A stretch of 64,000 nt of DNA, from contig JBBPEB010000034.1 of the NCBI GenBank assembly GCA_039096225.1, positions 1,178,001-1,242,000 on the forward strand, given 5' to 3'. The stretch comes from Blastocystis sp. Blastoise. Taxonomy: Eukaryota > Protista > Bigyra: Opalinata. Every line of letters starts with the position of its first letter. Position 1 is the first letter of the stretch. Positions 43,985-60,039 of the stretch are shown here, in pieces. Below the pieces are notes generated by a model, which was not told the origin of the DNA, did no database searches, and saw only the letters and a program-made list of their open reading frames with translations. A program made the position numbers and the translations under genes.

Positions 43985-44703
43985 CTATTTCATTCAATTT
44001 TATCGAAGGGCCTCTTAATTTGTAAACCTTTCGGGGAGGTGAAACTAAGTTATTTGAAGAATTATAATTCATTTCTTGAAGATCTGTTTTATTTTAAACT
44101 TTAGACTCTTTGAGTTTGGATGTAACACAATATATAGCAATATTATTAGTCTATAGTAATATATTATTAATGTAATTATAGTATTTATTTATAATCTAGG
44201 CTATTTTTTAAAAATTGCACTCTATTTAAGTACGGAAATGTATAGAAAACACATACATACTAATAAAATTTTACTAAATATCTTTGTTAACTTGTAATTA
44301 ATGAAATATATAAATATGTGGAAACAAGATTTTTAAAAATTTACCGTAATTATTTTGCGACAATAAGTCATTTTTTATAAAATATACAAGAATATTTCTT
44401 ATTTTTATTATAATTCAATCAATATTATTTACTCATTTGAATCACAGATTTTCTTATTATCTTTAGAATTTATCATATATATATGTAAATATGTATATAA
44501 ATTCTTATTAAGTATTTACCCTAAACTGATTCAAAATACGAAAAGTTGCTATTGTTTTTCATTATTTTTTAACTGATCAAGAAAATGTACAAATAATCGT
44601 GTTTCATTTCGCCTATTGATGGTATTTTAAAACGTCATATTTCTGGTTATAAAAAAAACGCCAAATAATCGTAAAATGAAATAGCAACTTTTTCTCTACC
44701 CAA
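43985..44703 (-). repeat. Outer segment of the hAT right TIR
   Basis: Near-perfect reverse complement of 21194-21912. One substitution noticed near 44181. Confidence 0.95.
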
Positions 44704-44980
44704 TTAGATACAGAAAAATAATTTTTCCATAAAAAATCTTTAAGTAATGCGTATTAAAAAAAAAAATGAATAATTGTGAAAATATTGATTTTGTAAGACA
44801 ATTATTATTATTTCTCGTGATTATTATTCTTTAGATTTCAAGAAATCGTTTTTCTTTTAAAAAATTATATTTTTGTGAATTCTTCCAATTTAAAAAAAGG
44901 TTGAAATTTTTATACTATTCTACATTATGATAAGAATGATCTTAATCTAATTATTGTAAAATTATAGTCAAATTGAGGTA

Positions 44981-46779
44981 ATGTCAGCTACAAAAATTCA
45001 ATTAACTGAAGATAAATGTATGTGAATTTGGTTATAAACAATTTATATGCTTTTAGATTTGTTTACGTTTCAAGATGAGACGCAATTATGGATTTCTAGG
45101 GAATTTATAGAGAAATATCCTCAATTACCATTTTTTGATATTATTATACATTCTGAGAAATATGAGGATGATAGCTATTATATAGATATACATTCTTCTG
45201 CTATGGAGAAAGTGATTTTTTTCTTGATGAAAGAAAATAAAGATATTTCTTCGTTAAATCTGAGAGATAGTTATGATATATATAGAACACTTTATGAATA
45301 TTCAGTTATCATAGATAAAGAAATTCAGAGTGATTTATTATTTCATGTAAAAGAATTATTTCTTGTTTATTTAAGAGAACATGGTTTTAATGTATATGAA
45401 TATTCTGGTAATGATATAGAATTATGTATTCCTATGGAGTTATTTAGTTCAGATAGTAAAAGAATATATATAAAAGGTAATTATTTAGTATTATGTATAT
45501 ATATATAATATATATATATATAGGATTGTTTACACCTCAAAGAAAAGAAGAGTTACTATATTATTCACTTCTTTATAAAATGATGAATATTACTGAAGTT
45601 AATATTAAATGTAAATATATGTTTATTATATTATAGTTAATAGAAACTTATAGATTCATATAACTCAAATATTCCATTAGAATATATATGTCCATCATGT
45701 ATTCAAGATATGTTTCCTTCAATAGAATATTTAAAAATAGCAGGTATATATATATAACTATGATAATAATTATATAACTACAAATAGTAATTACAAAATA
45801 TCGAAAGAGTGATGTGCTATTAAATCCAAATAGTGATGAATATATAATGGAATATATTCATCAATTCTATCGTTTTGACTATGAAATGACTATTCCTGAA
45901 GAATACGATTATTATACAGAATCCGAAATGAATGAATATAATAAGATTTCTTCTTTTGATGTTCATAATAAATATTATTCACATAAATTGATTGAACTCT
46001 ATAATCAAAGAAAAGAAAAGAATCAGTTACCTAAATTATATAAAGATATAGTTATTGACGCTATAGATACAGATGATTATTCATATATAGAAATGAATCA
46101 AGAAACTGATGACAGAATAATTGAAGATACGTGTATGATTGTATATGATGGTATATATGTATTTTTTATATTTAGAGAATCTCTTCTCATTATATATAGA
46201 TAAAACAAGCAATAAAGAATTTTGGTACATATTTATTTTTTATATGAATTATAATATTTTTTTTTTCAAATATGTATTAAATAGTATTTGTGAGATATTT
46301 TCAGAATGTGCGATGTATCAATTATTACGTCTTTTTTCATATTATTCTATTTCAGAAATTGAGATATCTACATGTAAATAAATATATAAATATTCATATT
46401 AATTTATATTAGATAATTTTGTACGTTATGATGCCATAATAGCTATAAAAGCATTGGAAGAAGGTGTTTTCGATTCTTCAACTATATTAAATATTGGATA
46501 GATTAAAGAATTGACTGATATCATTGATAATAATCTATTTAATAAAATAATGGCAACTCATGTATTTCCTAATGTTACTGAACTTTTATATGATGAATAT
46601 ATTGGTATATATATATATTCTATATGTAGATTCTATATATATTCTATATGTATATTCTATATATATTCTATATATATATTCTATGTATATTCTATATATA
46701 TTGAAAATTTTTATTTAAACGTAATAAACAAAGAGTGTTTTCCAAAATTACATATTATAAATTATAAGAAGGAAAAATG

Positions 46780-46817
<38 letters not shown>

Positions 46818-48787
46818 TTATTTTTGTATTATAGATGAAGATAGTTCTGCATTTTTGTTTCCCATTGAATTAATATCAATAATTGATACTATATATATAA
46901 ATAACATATTTTCAAATAAGAAGAAAGAAATTGTTGAGCGATTACAAGATATAGCTTTAAACTATTCTATTCATATTTATGGAATTGGTATAGATAGAAT
47001 TAAATATTTTTTAATATAAAAATATTATATATTAAATTATATACAAAATATATTCAGGATACTCTAATCTTATATAAATAAAATTGTGTATTAGAAGAAA
47101 ATTATATAAATAATATTATATATATAGATGCTATACTAAATGATTTTTCAAATTTGAAAGAATTATTGGAGAAAAAGCTGGTTTCCTTTAATAAACTTTT
47201 CAGTATCTTAGTTATATTTATTAAAAAAATTATTTATTTCTGTTTCTTTTTATAAAGTTGATTTTTCTGATTCTATGAATTTGCCTATGTTGAATTATTT
47301 GAAAAGTATTAAAAATCAAAATATTAAGTTTGTAAACATTATATTTGATGGTATTTATACTTAACATATAGATAATAAAATGTTATAATACATATTCACA
47401 TTGATTTATAGAGAAGAAAGAAAAAAGTGGGAATTCAAGTAATTCAAATATATTAAATATAAAACACGCTGTTGAGAAATTATTGAATAGTAATTTATTA
47501 CAGAATCTAGAAGAATGTGAAGTCTCGTGTATGTTATTATATATATATCTATATATGTAACTTGTATTATTATGATATATATAGTTAAAAATGATATTAG
47601 TATGGAAGAGTTGAAATGGATTGCAAGTTTATTTAATGATAATACATTTATTCATATAAATGAATTAAAAATTTCTTGTATATATTGTTTAATTATGTTT
47701 TAAAATTTATATAGTACCTTATATTACTGATGATATACGATCTGGCCGTTTTGTTCTATATGAAAGTATTATCAAAAACATAATTCCTAAGGCTTCAATT
47801 ATTCAGTTAAAAGGTAATTATATTGTATTATATAATTAAAATATTTATTAAAACTTATGAAATAATTCACTTATATATAGGTAACATAAATGCTATAAAC
47901 CAATTTATTTATAATGGTTATTTCCATAATACAAAAAAATTAAATATATGTATATTATATAATGTAAATGTATTAAAAAACTTATTTAATAATATCTATA
48001 ATTCTAGCTATTTATGACAGAGTTAATGATACTTTCTTTGAATTATATAATAAAGATAATTTTCAAAACTTAATACATATCGAATTTAGTATCTATTCAA
48101 ATAATAAAATATATTTTAGTCAGTTATGATATATATATATACATATTATATATGTCATATATTTATTTACTTTACTATCAATTCTTTATTACTCTAGAAA
48201 TCGATGGAAAAAAACAGTTGATGTCTGCTATTCAACATTTATTCGTATTAAAAAAAATAAATACATTACCGTCATCAACTATAATTTTATTAATAGGTAT
48301 TCCAATAAAAATAGATATATTTCTTTTTTATATTAATTATATATTACATATAGATACAGATAACTACAAAAATGGATTTATTTATAATCATTATAATTCT
48401 ATTTTCAGATACAAATATGATACAAATTCATTTGTAGATACTATTGTAATAACACGTGGTATATATATGTTACTTACTATTAACTATAAGTATATAGGTA
48501 ACGTATTGTGTAAAAATGAATTAAAAATGTTACTTGATTGTATTGACAATCATCAAATTACTAATTTGAAACACCTAAAATTATATATCGATGATGCTGA
48601 ATTACTAGTTAAAATTATGAATTCAATTAAAACTGGAAAAATTCCTAAATTGAAAGAATGCAGTTTTGAATTAAGTAATGATATATCTGAAAAAATAAAT
48701 GTATTAAAAAAACAATTAGATGAATCAGCTTTTATTCAGGACAATTGTGTTTATTATAGATTGATTAAATTAGGTATATTTCATTAA
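44981..48787 (+). pseudogene. Multi-exon lineage-specific protein (BTB-like N-terminus, LRR-like C-terminal repeats) with an in-frame TAG
   Basis: ATG at 44981 and many GT-AG introns. Motifs FTFQDETQLWI, YYID, FPKLHII, IPKLKE. One exon reads EEGVFDSSTILNIG*IKELTDII, with TAG at 46499-46501. Confidence 0.6.
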
Positions 48788-48937
48788 GAATTGTCTTTGA
48801 TTTGTTTCTTTTGAATATAATATATCTATTTTATTGGGTTATATATATATATTGTAAATTTATTATTAATTATTATATTTGTCATGATTGTTTTCTTTTT
48901 CATATTGTCTAGATCGTTTTGTAATAATAATAATAAT

Positions 48938-48983
<46 letters not shown>

Positions 48984-50451
48984 CTCTGAATTCTTCAATA
49001 TTGTTTTCAGAATATATTAATATTATTATTATTATATTGTTATCATAATATATCCTTTTTTATCTCTCCAATATCAATTCATTATATTGAATCAATTCTT
49101 TGATATTATTTTTATTGATATTTATATATAATACTATTAACTCTATTATTTATGTTATATATAGATTCTTCATGGCGTTATCAAAACGATTAGTTATCTA
49201 AATAAATATTTAAGAGTATAACTTCTATTATTACAGAATAAAATTGTGGTAAACACTATTTATCTACAATTATTAAGAAAAAATATTATACATATTTTGA
49301 TTATTATAATTTAATGAATGTATAGACTGATCATTTCTAGACATTATTGATATTTATCTATAGTATATTATTCACACGAATTAATAGACAATTAAACAAC
49401 ATATTTGCTATAATTAATGATTTATGATGTTTTATTAGCATAAGAGTTATATAGTTTTTTTGTACATACTTCTTAAGTTGTCTTAGGTACTATATTGTTG
49501 ACATTAGTTTAAAATCAATTATAGAATAAGTAACGACTAAATTCTATGATAATAATGGACACTTATTTTCATGGTGGCCATCTTGTATATTATGTTGAAA
49601 ATTTTTCATAATGACAGAAATTCAAGAAATAAAAACTATTACTTTTATTGATTCATGTCTAAAAAAGCAAAAAAAAAAACAATACTGAGTTAAATGTCGA
49701 ACAATGACAAAGGATTGATAATTATATAGAAAAGAATATATATATATGTATTAAAAGAAGCTATAAAATGATGAAAAAAATATAAGAATTATATGAGTAA
49801 AAGATTTGATAAAATTGTTTTTTATGAATAACAGAAGATATATCAAGAACGAAAACAGAAAGATATATCTATAGTATTTAGAGAATAAGTAAAATTAAAT
49901 ATTGTATGACGATAATAATATAATTAATGATATAATGTTTCTATATGTATATAAATAATAAGAATAATAATAGGTATTAATTTGAAAAAATATGTATGAT
50001 ATATAGGTAATATGGATATAGTTACAAAATATATAAATAATAAAGAAATATCATCATAAATAATGAATAAAAACTTGTTGTGTATATAGTAGAATAAAAA
50101 TGTGTTTCAAATAAAACATATAACGAAGGAGAATTAATATATATAAAGAAGTAGATGAACAGTTATTAGTAAGTATATGTAAAAGAGTATATAAAAATGT
50201 ATTAAAGCAATTTTTATTATTTATTAAATACAAAAAAACTTATTATATACAGGCAACATAATATATATATTAAAATAATATCTATATGTGAGTTAAAAAA
50301 CAAATATATGAAATAAAAAAAATATGAAAATATCACAGTGAATCAAAACATATGTAAAAAATAAATAATGAAATGATTTAAAGAAGGTTTACTATAATCG
50401 TTATATTTATAGGGAGATAATACTTCAACTAATCATAGTATTCTATTATAT

Positions 50452-51325
50452 TTAGTGGTACACAATTTTAGCTAAAGTATAACTAAAAGGAATTATTTTC
50501 TTCAATTGTTTTTTTAATACATCTTCATCAAAATAACTGGAAAGTGTTGCGCTTTTAACTAAAACTTCATTTGGTAAATTTAAAATAAAAACTAAAACTG
50601 ATTCACTACCATTTGAACCTACAACAGCGTTATTTAATAGAGAGATGGGAATTTTACTAGATATCAAAATAGATCTATATATAGATATAAATATATTCGG
50701 TTGAATCATTTTTTGTGGGGAGCCATCAAAATAAATTTCTAATGATTTTATATTTCTATCTGGTAGTTTTACTGTTCTTAGAGGAACTATAACATAACTT
50801 AATTGAACTTGTTTACAGAAATATGTTGCACTATAGATATTTTGATCACGTTCAACTGTATATGTAGCATAATTATTAAATGGTATATCTTCATTATGAT
50901 TATCAGAATAGAGACAATATTCTTTATCAGCATATAAAGTAGCATGACTATTAAGAAGATAAGAAGAAGAACTGAATGGAGTATTATAATAAGTAATAAT
51001 GGTATTTATAAATAATTGTTTTTTAGAAGAGGAATAGATAGAATAGAAATCTCTATTTGAACCATAATAAACATGAAGAAGAAGAGAATCAATAGTCTAT
51101 ATATTAAATAAAAGTGAATAATAAATACTTATATACATTATAATCATTTAAATAATTTGTAGTAAGAAAAAGATCTGTGAGTTGATACGAAAAAATATTC
51201 ACAAATATTCTGGCTAAAAATACTAATAAAGAATAAATATCATCAATTGGTATCGCTAATTGCATGAAATAATCTAATGATTCTAAAGCTTTTCCAGGAA
51301 TAGAAACAGGCCGAGGATCTATAGA

Positions 51326-51399
<74 letters not shown>

Positions 51400-51432
51400 T
51401 AATTAATTATATATTTATATATATATATAATT

Positions 51433-51493
<61 letters not shown>

Positions 51494-54400
51494 TATACAA
51501 CAAAGATCTTGATGAATATCATTAGACCAAGTAGGTTTAGATATGTAATCACAAAATACTTTATAATAACCATATTGATTCTCATTTGTACAATTAACAG
51601 CAGCATTCTTCAATATATCAGTTTCAGGATATAAATAGGAATCAATAGTACTGGCAGGACAAGTCGCACCACTAGGATAACATTTATTATTATATACAAA
51701 TTCATTGTTATTACAAGGAGTACATAAATAATTATTACCATTTAATGAAATTACATAACCATTTATACATTCTATACATTCATTACCATTATAATAAGTA
51801 GTACCAGTACAAGGAGTAGAACTAAATATACATTCACTAGTATCAACTTCTTCCCATTCACTTTTAATACTACACAATCTATATACTTTACCTGCATATC
51901 CCTGAGGACAAGGAAGAGAAGCAGTAGAATCAGAGTTAGTTTCTGGCCAATTATTATCAGCTAAACATGGTATATCCGTAACTGTAATAGAGATTTGATA
52001 TAAGTCAACAATAGTGCCTTCATTATTTGTATAAGAGAGAGTATAAGTAGTTTTAGGAGATTCATTAATAGGTGTACCATATAGTTTTTGAGTTACAGAA
52101 TCTATAATAATACCTTCAGGAAGAGAAGGAGAACTTGTAATAACTGTATCAACAGCATCTATTGTATAATATTGTTCATAGAAATCATCCTTTTTAATAA
52201 TAATATCTGTTTCTTCAAAATATAATTTAGAAGGATTTATTTTTATACATGTTGGATCACCTTCAATTGCTTGTGATCCATATCCTATACATAAACGTTT
52301 TGCATCACTGGAATATCCTTTAGGACAAATCTTAGAAGAGTATATACCAAATCTAGCTGCAGACCATTCATTACTTATACAACCAGGAATATCATTAACG
52401 TAATATTGTAGTTCATTTAGAATAGTAACACTTTCACTTTCAGATAAACTTGGATCTGTTCCACATTTTGTAATTATCATACGATATGAATTATAACATT
52501 TATTTAAATATAAGTCTTGATTATAAATCGTATTCATAATTATTCCATCCATTGTAGAAAGTTCATCCCATTGTGCACCATTATTATAAGTTCCCTCTAT
52601 AACAATAGACTCAGGACTATAGGATACACTCATATCATGTCTATAATATAGATGAAGCTGATTTACATCTACACATATTTCATCATTATATGTATAAGTG
52701 AATATAGTATTTGAACATTTATTAAGTACTTTTGTGTATGTATCATCATTGAAATCATATAGATTATTTAATGGATATTCAGGAACTACATTACCGTTAA
52801 CAGACCATGAACCTTCTATTGATAAATTATTTTTTTCAATAATACTTATTTTTATAGAAAGTCCGCTATTGGGTTGAATAATATTATTATATCTATGTAT
52901 TTCAATAGCAATAATATTATCACCTATAAGACATATATTAGGATCAATAAAAGCACTAATAACAGATCTAAATGATTTATATTCAGTATATCCATCAGTA
53001 GCTAACGTGTTGTATTCTATATTATCACCATCATTCATATTTACTCTTCTTACTTCATAACCATTTATATATATAATCATACCAGCATAGGTAGATACAG
53101 TTATATCGAATACACGAGACAATTCCATGAATACTTCAATGTTATAATGTATTCTATAATATTGAGTAATACTGCTATTAGGAACATCAGGAAGAGAAGA
53201 AGAAGAAGGAACAGTTGACCATAGATTATCATTAAATAAACTTGTAGTCCAATGTTTAGGAGGAGTATTATTATCATAAGAATAAACAATACGCATCTTG
53301 GATGCATCAACATATTGAGTGAAATATAAATCTATCTGATGAGATGGATAACATTTAGTGTAATAATTATTATTGACATATATATGTGATACTGAATTAA
53401 AATCTCCATAATAAATATACATAAATATATAGTATAAAGATGGAGATAGACATAAATTATATTCTTCTAAATTTTTTTTATATAGATGATAAATCCTTTT
53501 AGATAGCACAAATGTAGTACTATCTCTTATGTCTATGCTATAAAAAGTTTTCTCTTCGCATTCAACTTGAATGCTAACAAAATTATAAGGAAATTGACAT
53601 AATTGAATGGAAATAGTTAATATATATTCATATGGGGTATTAAATACAGACGTAGCGTGTATAGTATAATCAGTATTACCATTTTCTCCATGAATAATAC
53701 CATATATAGAACCAGTAGTAGTATCAAATGTTAGCCCATCAGGAAGAGAAGGAGTTATAGTAAAATCATGATAGTATTCCGAATTAGTGAATGATATAGA
53801 TAGAGTAGTATTATCATAAGCATAATAAGGATTAGAAAAGGGAACTAATGATGGTAATATATCAGAAGTAATATCATCGACGAATAATTCAATTTCAGAT
53901 ATAGTATAATCATTCTTAGCTTTATTAATTATATTATTCATTAATGTAAATTCTAATTGATTGATTCCTGTGGTGACATCTGACAAGAAGAAACATTTTC
54001 TTCTTGGATCATTACTTGATGTAAATGCATCCGCTACAACTGAGTGTTCATGACGATAACCATTTATATCTATAGATTCTACTTTCCATGATGTTAAAGC
54101 AAATTCAAAATTATTACTAGGATAAGTTATACAATATCTATTTATATATTTATATCCATCTTTAGTTGCTATTGAAATTATAGGGCTTGATTTATCTCCG
54201 TTACCTACAATACTTATAAATGATTTAATGTTCAAGTCTAGAAAAGAATCATCATTAGAGAAAATAAAATAGTTAGATAATGTAACATCAAAATCACCAT
54301 AAACTGGAAGACTAGTATCTACAGCCATTATAAGAGAAGCATCAAAAGATATATCAATAGTATTTTGTTTATCATATAGTAATACAGAAATAGTAATAGT

Positions 54401-56601
54401 ATCTTGATTGTCAAATAGGGAGAGACGACCTGTTGCTGTTTGTTCTATTATAGTAGAGGAATCTGTCGAATCTAAATAGCCATCTTTAAATCTATGTGTT
54501 GAGAGCTCATGATTATTTATATAAATCTTTGTATTCGATACTGTTTTATAGTTTAATATAAAATACTTTTGATTAACAATAGAAGGAGTATGAATAGTTT
54601 TACGGAATACAAAATACTGATTAATACCACTAGGAAAAATAATAGTACCACCTATAATAGTAAACCAACTAGAATCATCTGCAGAAGATCCATACCATTC
54701 TGTAGGTAAAGAATCATAAGTATTATATTTCCATTCAGATCTCATTAACATAGAATAATTAGTATTAACATAATATGTTTCATGAGACTTAGAAATAGTT
54801 CTCATTCTAGTTACAGGAATAGATGTATCACTAAGATCATCTATAATATATACTGTCATCATTGATCTATTAGACCACACACCATTAATTTCTATAAGTA
54901 GTTCAAAAGACCAAGTACCTACAGGACCATAATAATCATAATTTTTCTTTGTATTATCATTTTGAATTAAAGTATCTATTTCATTTCCATCTTCTGATTT
55001 AATAACAACTTTTTCATAAGAAGCATAATAGAATGTAATTCTATTAACACGAATATGTGCACAATTTATAGGATTACATAAAATTTTAAGATTAAATTTA
55101 TAAGTATCTGAAAAACTAGCATCATCACCATAATTATAAGATAGAGTATATTCAGCAGATTTAACTTCTTTAGGAGTACCAGAAAGAATACCATTAGAAG
55201 ATATAGTTAAACCAATAGGTAAATCAGGAGATAGAACACAATTCGATAATATAGGAGATACTATAGTAGAGAAATCAATAGATTGATTATCTTCAAAGAG
55301 TATCATAGTATATTCATTTGTATCCAATAATCTTCGAGAGGTATATATAGAAAGGGTATCAATAGAATCTATATTATATATATTATTAATTAATTATTAT
55401 TTATATATACCTTTAGGATTTGTAATATAGGTGAGAGCATCAAAAGAAGAAAGAAGTTCAAGATGATCTTCTTTAGTATGTAATTCAATAGCTATTTTTA
55501 ATGTAGTAAGAGACACAGAGGAACCAAGTAATTCTTTAGAAACTATAATACTATATATATTATAGAGTAATGTTAACATTATATATACTGTTTATATGCA
55601 GGAGTATCTACAAGAGACTGAGAAGGAGTATTTTCATTGATTTTAGAAGATCTATATATAAATATGTGTTTATTAAATATTATAAAAATAAATATACTCA
55701 GGTAATAAATAAGTATACACTTGAATTCCATTAACATAAACAATGAATCCACTTTGACTTTGAATAGATAATTGAAGAACAGCAAACGAGTTATCTACAG
55801 TTATATCCTTTCTAAAATAAACACTAGAACCAGCATTCTTGATTTCTTTATTGTTATAGTCTTCACCAAATTCTTTTATCTTTTTTTCCTTCCAAGAAGC
55901 AGCATCAACCTTTGTAGAATATCTCCAATTCATTCTTGAATCAACAAGAGAAGATACTATATAATAATATATATTAGATTAGCAAATACAAAAAAATATA
56001 AATAAATATTAAAATATATATTTATAATTAAAAGTATAGAAATATATAATATACATATAAAAAAGTTAAACAAAAAATAATTTATACCTATAAAAAAGTT
56101 AAAAAAAAAATACATACAGTTTAACTTGATCACTTTCTTTTCATTACCATCTTTACTCAGATTTGTTCTCACAAGAATAATTTCGTTATAAGTCAGTGTT
56201 ATAAGGGATCCATCAGCCCATGTAGGAGAGTTCCTATAAAAAAACAATGAAATCAACAATTTCATGGATATACTTTGACATCAATTCTAGATTATAATCA
56301 GTATATCCATCGATACAAACTTTATAATCAGCAACTGTATCTTGAGAAGCATCAGATTCATCATTAAAAACAAGTGTGTTTCTTAAATTAGCAGAATCAC
56401 CAGAATAAAGTTGAACGATTTCACCAGCATTCTTTGCATAATAACGCTTGACAATGATTTCATGTTCATCAGAAGAGCAAGCCTGAACATCTAAAATGAT
56501 ATATTAAAACAGTTGAATGAAACATTTTAAAGTATTGCGAAATAAAAAGACATACATAATAGTGTGAACACAAAGAAAACTATGAATTGAAGTATAATCA
56601 T
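50452..56601 (-). CDS. Very large secreted surface protein with putative-Ig (He_PIG-like) repeats, galactose-binding/discoidin-like domains, HRM-like and furin-like Cys modules
   Basis: Signal exon MIILQFIVFFVFTLL starting at 56601. Repeats LPIGLTISSNGILSGTP, LPDGLTFDTTTGSIYG, LPEGIIIDSVTQKLYGTP. HRM-like WPET...LPCPQGYAGKVYRLC. Frame continues across introns near 51320-51498 and 51098-51137 to TAA at 50452. Confidence 0.85.
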
Positions 56602-57509
56602 AATATAAACAAAATTTTTTATAGATAAAATGGAATGAAAATAAAAAAATATTTTTAGTGAAACATCGTGATATACGAAGAATCTCCGAAAAGGAGAAAA
56701 ATGACATTTAAAAATTTCATATTGGAGAAAAGACAACAATTTCGACGGAGATAATTGGCTTATATCAAGATATAAGCATTTTATTGGCTTATTGTTCGCT
56801 ATTTATGATAGCGTCAACTCAGAATTTTTATTTTTCTGAATTATGAGTAATCATGATTATAATAGATATTCAGGTGATTTGTCTTCTTTGTTTTTGGAAA
56901 ATAAATTAGTAAATCATCATGACAACTTTTCTTTTGATTGTATTATAGCTGAGACAATTTTTTCGTGATTCTCTATGACACAGGATGGCTTTTTTAATTA
57001 ACTTATTTAATTGGCTTATTTTATTGAATTGTCAAATAGTTTTCTGAAGAAAAATGAGCTTCCAAAAAGTGGCATAAAGAATGATTATTTATAAAAAGAA
57101 AAGAAAAATGAATTTTTAGTAAATATTTCTTTTCAATTTTTATTTATTTATTTGATATGAGCTTATTGAATTGATATTTAGTTAATAGAGTGCTTTTCTA
57201 ACAGAGTAGAGTTGCATTTTATGTTTGTTTTCTTAGCATTAGTTGTTTGGAAATGCTGACTTATTTTCAACTAAAAGTGTCAAAAGGTATTTATTAGGCT
57301 TTATAGGATGATAATATAGAGAAAATAACTTATTTTTTGATGTTTATAAAATAGTGATTTCTTTTTTCAAATAGTCACTTTTTGTTATTCAAAGTTTTTA
57401 TATTAAAAAAAAAAAACAAAAATTGAAATTGGATTTCTTCTTTACTTTTTATTATAAACTTGATGTATGATTTTTTATATTTGATTTCAATACATTATGT
57501 TTTATTTAG

Positions 57510-57810
57510 GTTCAATGTCCTCCTTCTAAATATGTTTTTTTTTATATTTTATTTTACTTAGTTTTTTTTATCTATTTAGGAATCAGGCTTTTAAAGATGA
57601 GGAAACTCCTCCCATTTTGAAATCGCGTTATGTGTTCTCAAAGATTATTTAGCTTGGTTAAAAATACTTTCAGTATATAATTACTTTTTAAATTAGTTAT
57701 ATTTATTTGATTCATTTTATAGTATGAAGTAACTTACGGTTCTTCAAAGGAAATCCTTTATTTTCTGTGTCAGTTTAGATGAATATTTTTATTTAGTATA
57801 TTATAATTAC

Positions 57811-57849
<39 letters not shown>

Positions 57850-58320
57850 TTATTTTTATATTTATTTATTATAGTATTTGACATTTTTTTATTATATATT
57901 TTTAAATAATATTTTTATTATTAAATTTTTTATGCTGATAAATTTTATATATAGATATACGATTAAAAGACTATAATTGAATTTGAAACATTTATATATT
58001 TAGATTGATTTTTCTCTGTCATTTTATATATAAAAATATAGATGAGTATATATTTATTATTATTATATTTATTATATTTATTGTATCATTTATATATATT
58101 TATATAGACATAATATAATAGATATATATACATCCTTTCACTTTCTTCCCTTCTATTATATATCACCTTTCTGTTTATATCCTTCTTTCATTTTATATAT
58201 ATATCAATTATTAAGAGTATATCGTAAAGAAGCATTAGTATTTATTATTGATATAATAGAATATATTATGAAAGAATATTTAAGTGTTTTTTATGAACGT
58301 ATAAAGAAAGGATAATATTA
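57510..58320 (+). pseudogene. Possible decayed gene remnant
   Basis: Short exon-like islands with tttag| and |gtat boundaries but with stops. Confidence 0.25.
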
Positions 58321-58382
58321 TTAGTATACTTATCAATGAAAATAAGTTAATTATAAAAATTATTCAAACTTTATAAAAGATG

Positions 58383-58384
<2 letters not shown>

Positions 58385-58472
<88 letters not shown>
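58385..58472. repeat. (TA)n microsatellite (similar arrays at 20413-20491, 26301-26359, 48942-48981)
   Basis: Directly visible. Confidence 0.95.
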
Positions 58473-58474
<2 letters not shown>

Positions 58475-60039
58475 ATTAGTATTATATATGTTAAATAGAC
58501 TTATTTGACTGAATATATATATTCAATCAATTATAATAACTTCTTTCAAAAAAATCATTATTATATAATTTTTTATATGATTTATTATCTTCATTCTATT
58601 CTACTTTTTCTATTCTAATTAATATATCAAAAGAAATAGCCTATATAAAAGTGATATATTTTATAGTAACTACTCTTCTTCCTTATTCTATTACTATACA
58701 TATATTATGAATTTACAGAATATATACATATTTTTCGTGTATTAATAATATTATTCTTTATTTAAAATAATTATGTGTTTTGTTCAAAATAGATTTATAT
58801 TAAATTTTATATAAATAAATGTCATTACTAAATATTATAATAATTAAATAATGTTTTAATACTACCTATTACTTTTGATATATTTTTCAGCATAAAAATT
58901 TAAATTATTTTTAATATTTATTTAAATCATTTATAGTAACTTATTTCTACTCTAATAAATATAGAAAAATAAAATTAGTTATTTTTTAAAAGAATGTACT
59001 AATTAGATAAACATAAAGCAATATAAGCTATTATATTTTATGAATTACTATTTTTGAATCAATTATATCATACTAATATATCAATAGAATCAATATATAA
59101 GTGCAATTAAGACTTTATTCTCTAAAACTCTTAAAATTTATTTTGTTAATAATCTTTAAATGTTATTAATAAAAATAAAAGCTTATAAGTTGTTTAAAGT
59201 ATTATTAATAGACTTTTGTTTAGTAAAGACTTTTTAGCATAAAAAAAGAGAAAAACGGATATTTTTATCTATCCCCTAGATTTAAACAAAGTTTTATAAA
59301 AATTTTATATATAAATAGAAAGATGACTCTTTTTACAATTCTCAATCTTCATATAATATATATATTTTAGATGTTTAATAAAATATATTTTTATTATTTT
59401 ATGCATATAATAGTATATAAATTTCTTTATATCATCCAAATAATAAACAAATGAATAAAATTATGAATTAGGTATATATATATATATTCTATTACTTATT
59501 CTGTAGGTATATTATATTATTATTTACTTAAATAATCAAAAACCAATAGTGTTGAAAAGTATTGTTATTACTAATTACATTCTAGCAATTGAAATATGAT
59601 ATCAAGTTTAACTCATGTCCTTTACAATAGCTCTCTTAGAGGGTATATACATACATTTTTTTTATTCTTTACATTCTGAGTCTATCTTTATAAATAGGTA
59701 TTAAAAGATTCAGTGCTGTTATCGAATATCAATATGTATCTAGACTACTTGATTAACAACTTAAACATTTTCATTTCTATAACTTAGTTTGCTTTTTTTC
59801 TATTCTTTATTATTTTCTTTTAATACTTGAATAATAATTAAATTGTTTCATTTTAAATATGTATCATTGGCTGATATAAAAGAAAATAGCATTTTCATTG
59901 GGTCATTCTTTAAAGATGTTTTTATTTTCTTATGAATTTTCCAAATATATTGTTGTCTTTCCTAATACTTATAAATAAGCTGAAAATTTTCTGATTCCGT
60001 CTGATGTTAAAACCTCTCTTTATATAGTCTTTATATAGA

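Noticed and set aside
41253-43987. CTA direct repeat as a 3-bp TSD of a CACTA/Harbinger element
   Set aside because: There are no TIRs. It is better explained as the shared TAG at the exon end and intron acceptor on the minus strand.
50700-51200. Possible homopolymer frameshifts in the 3' exons of the large surface-protein gene
   Set aside because: On recounting the A/T runs, the frame is continuous to the stop at 50452.
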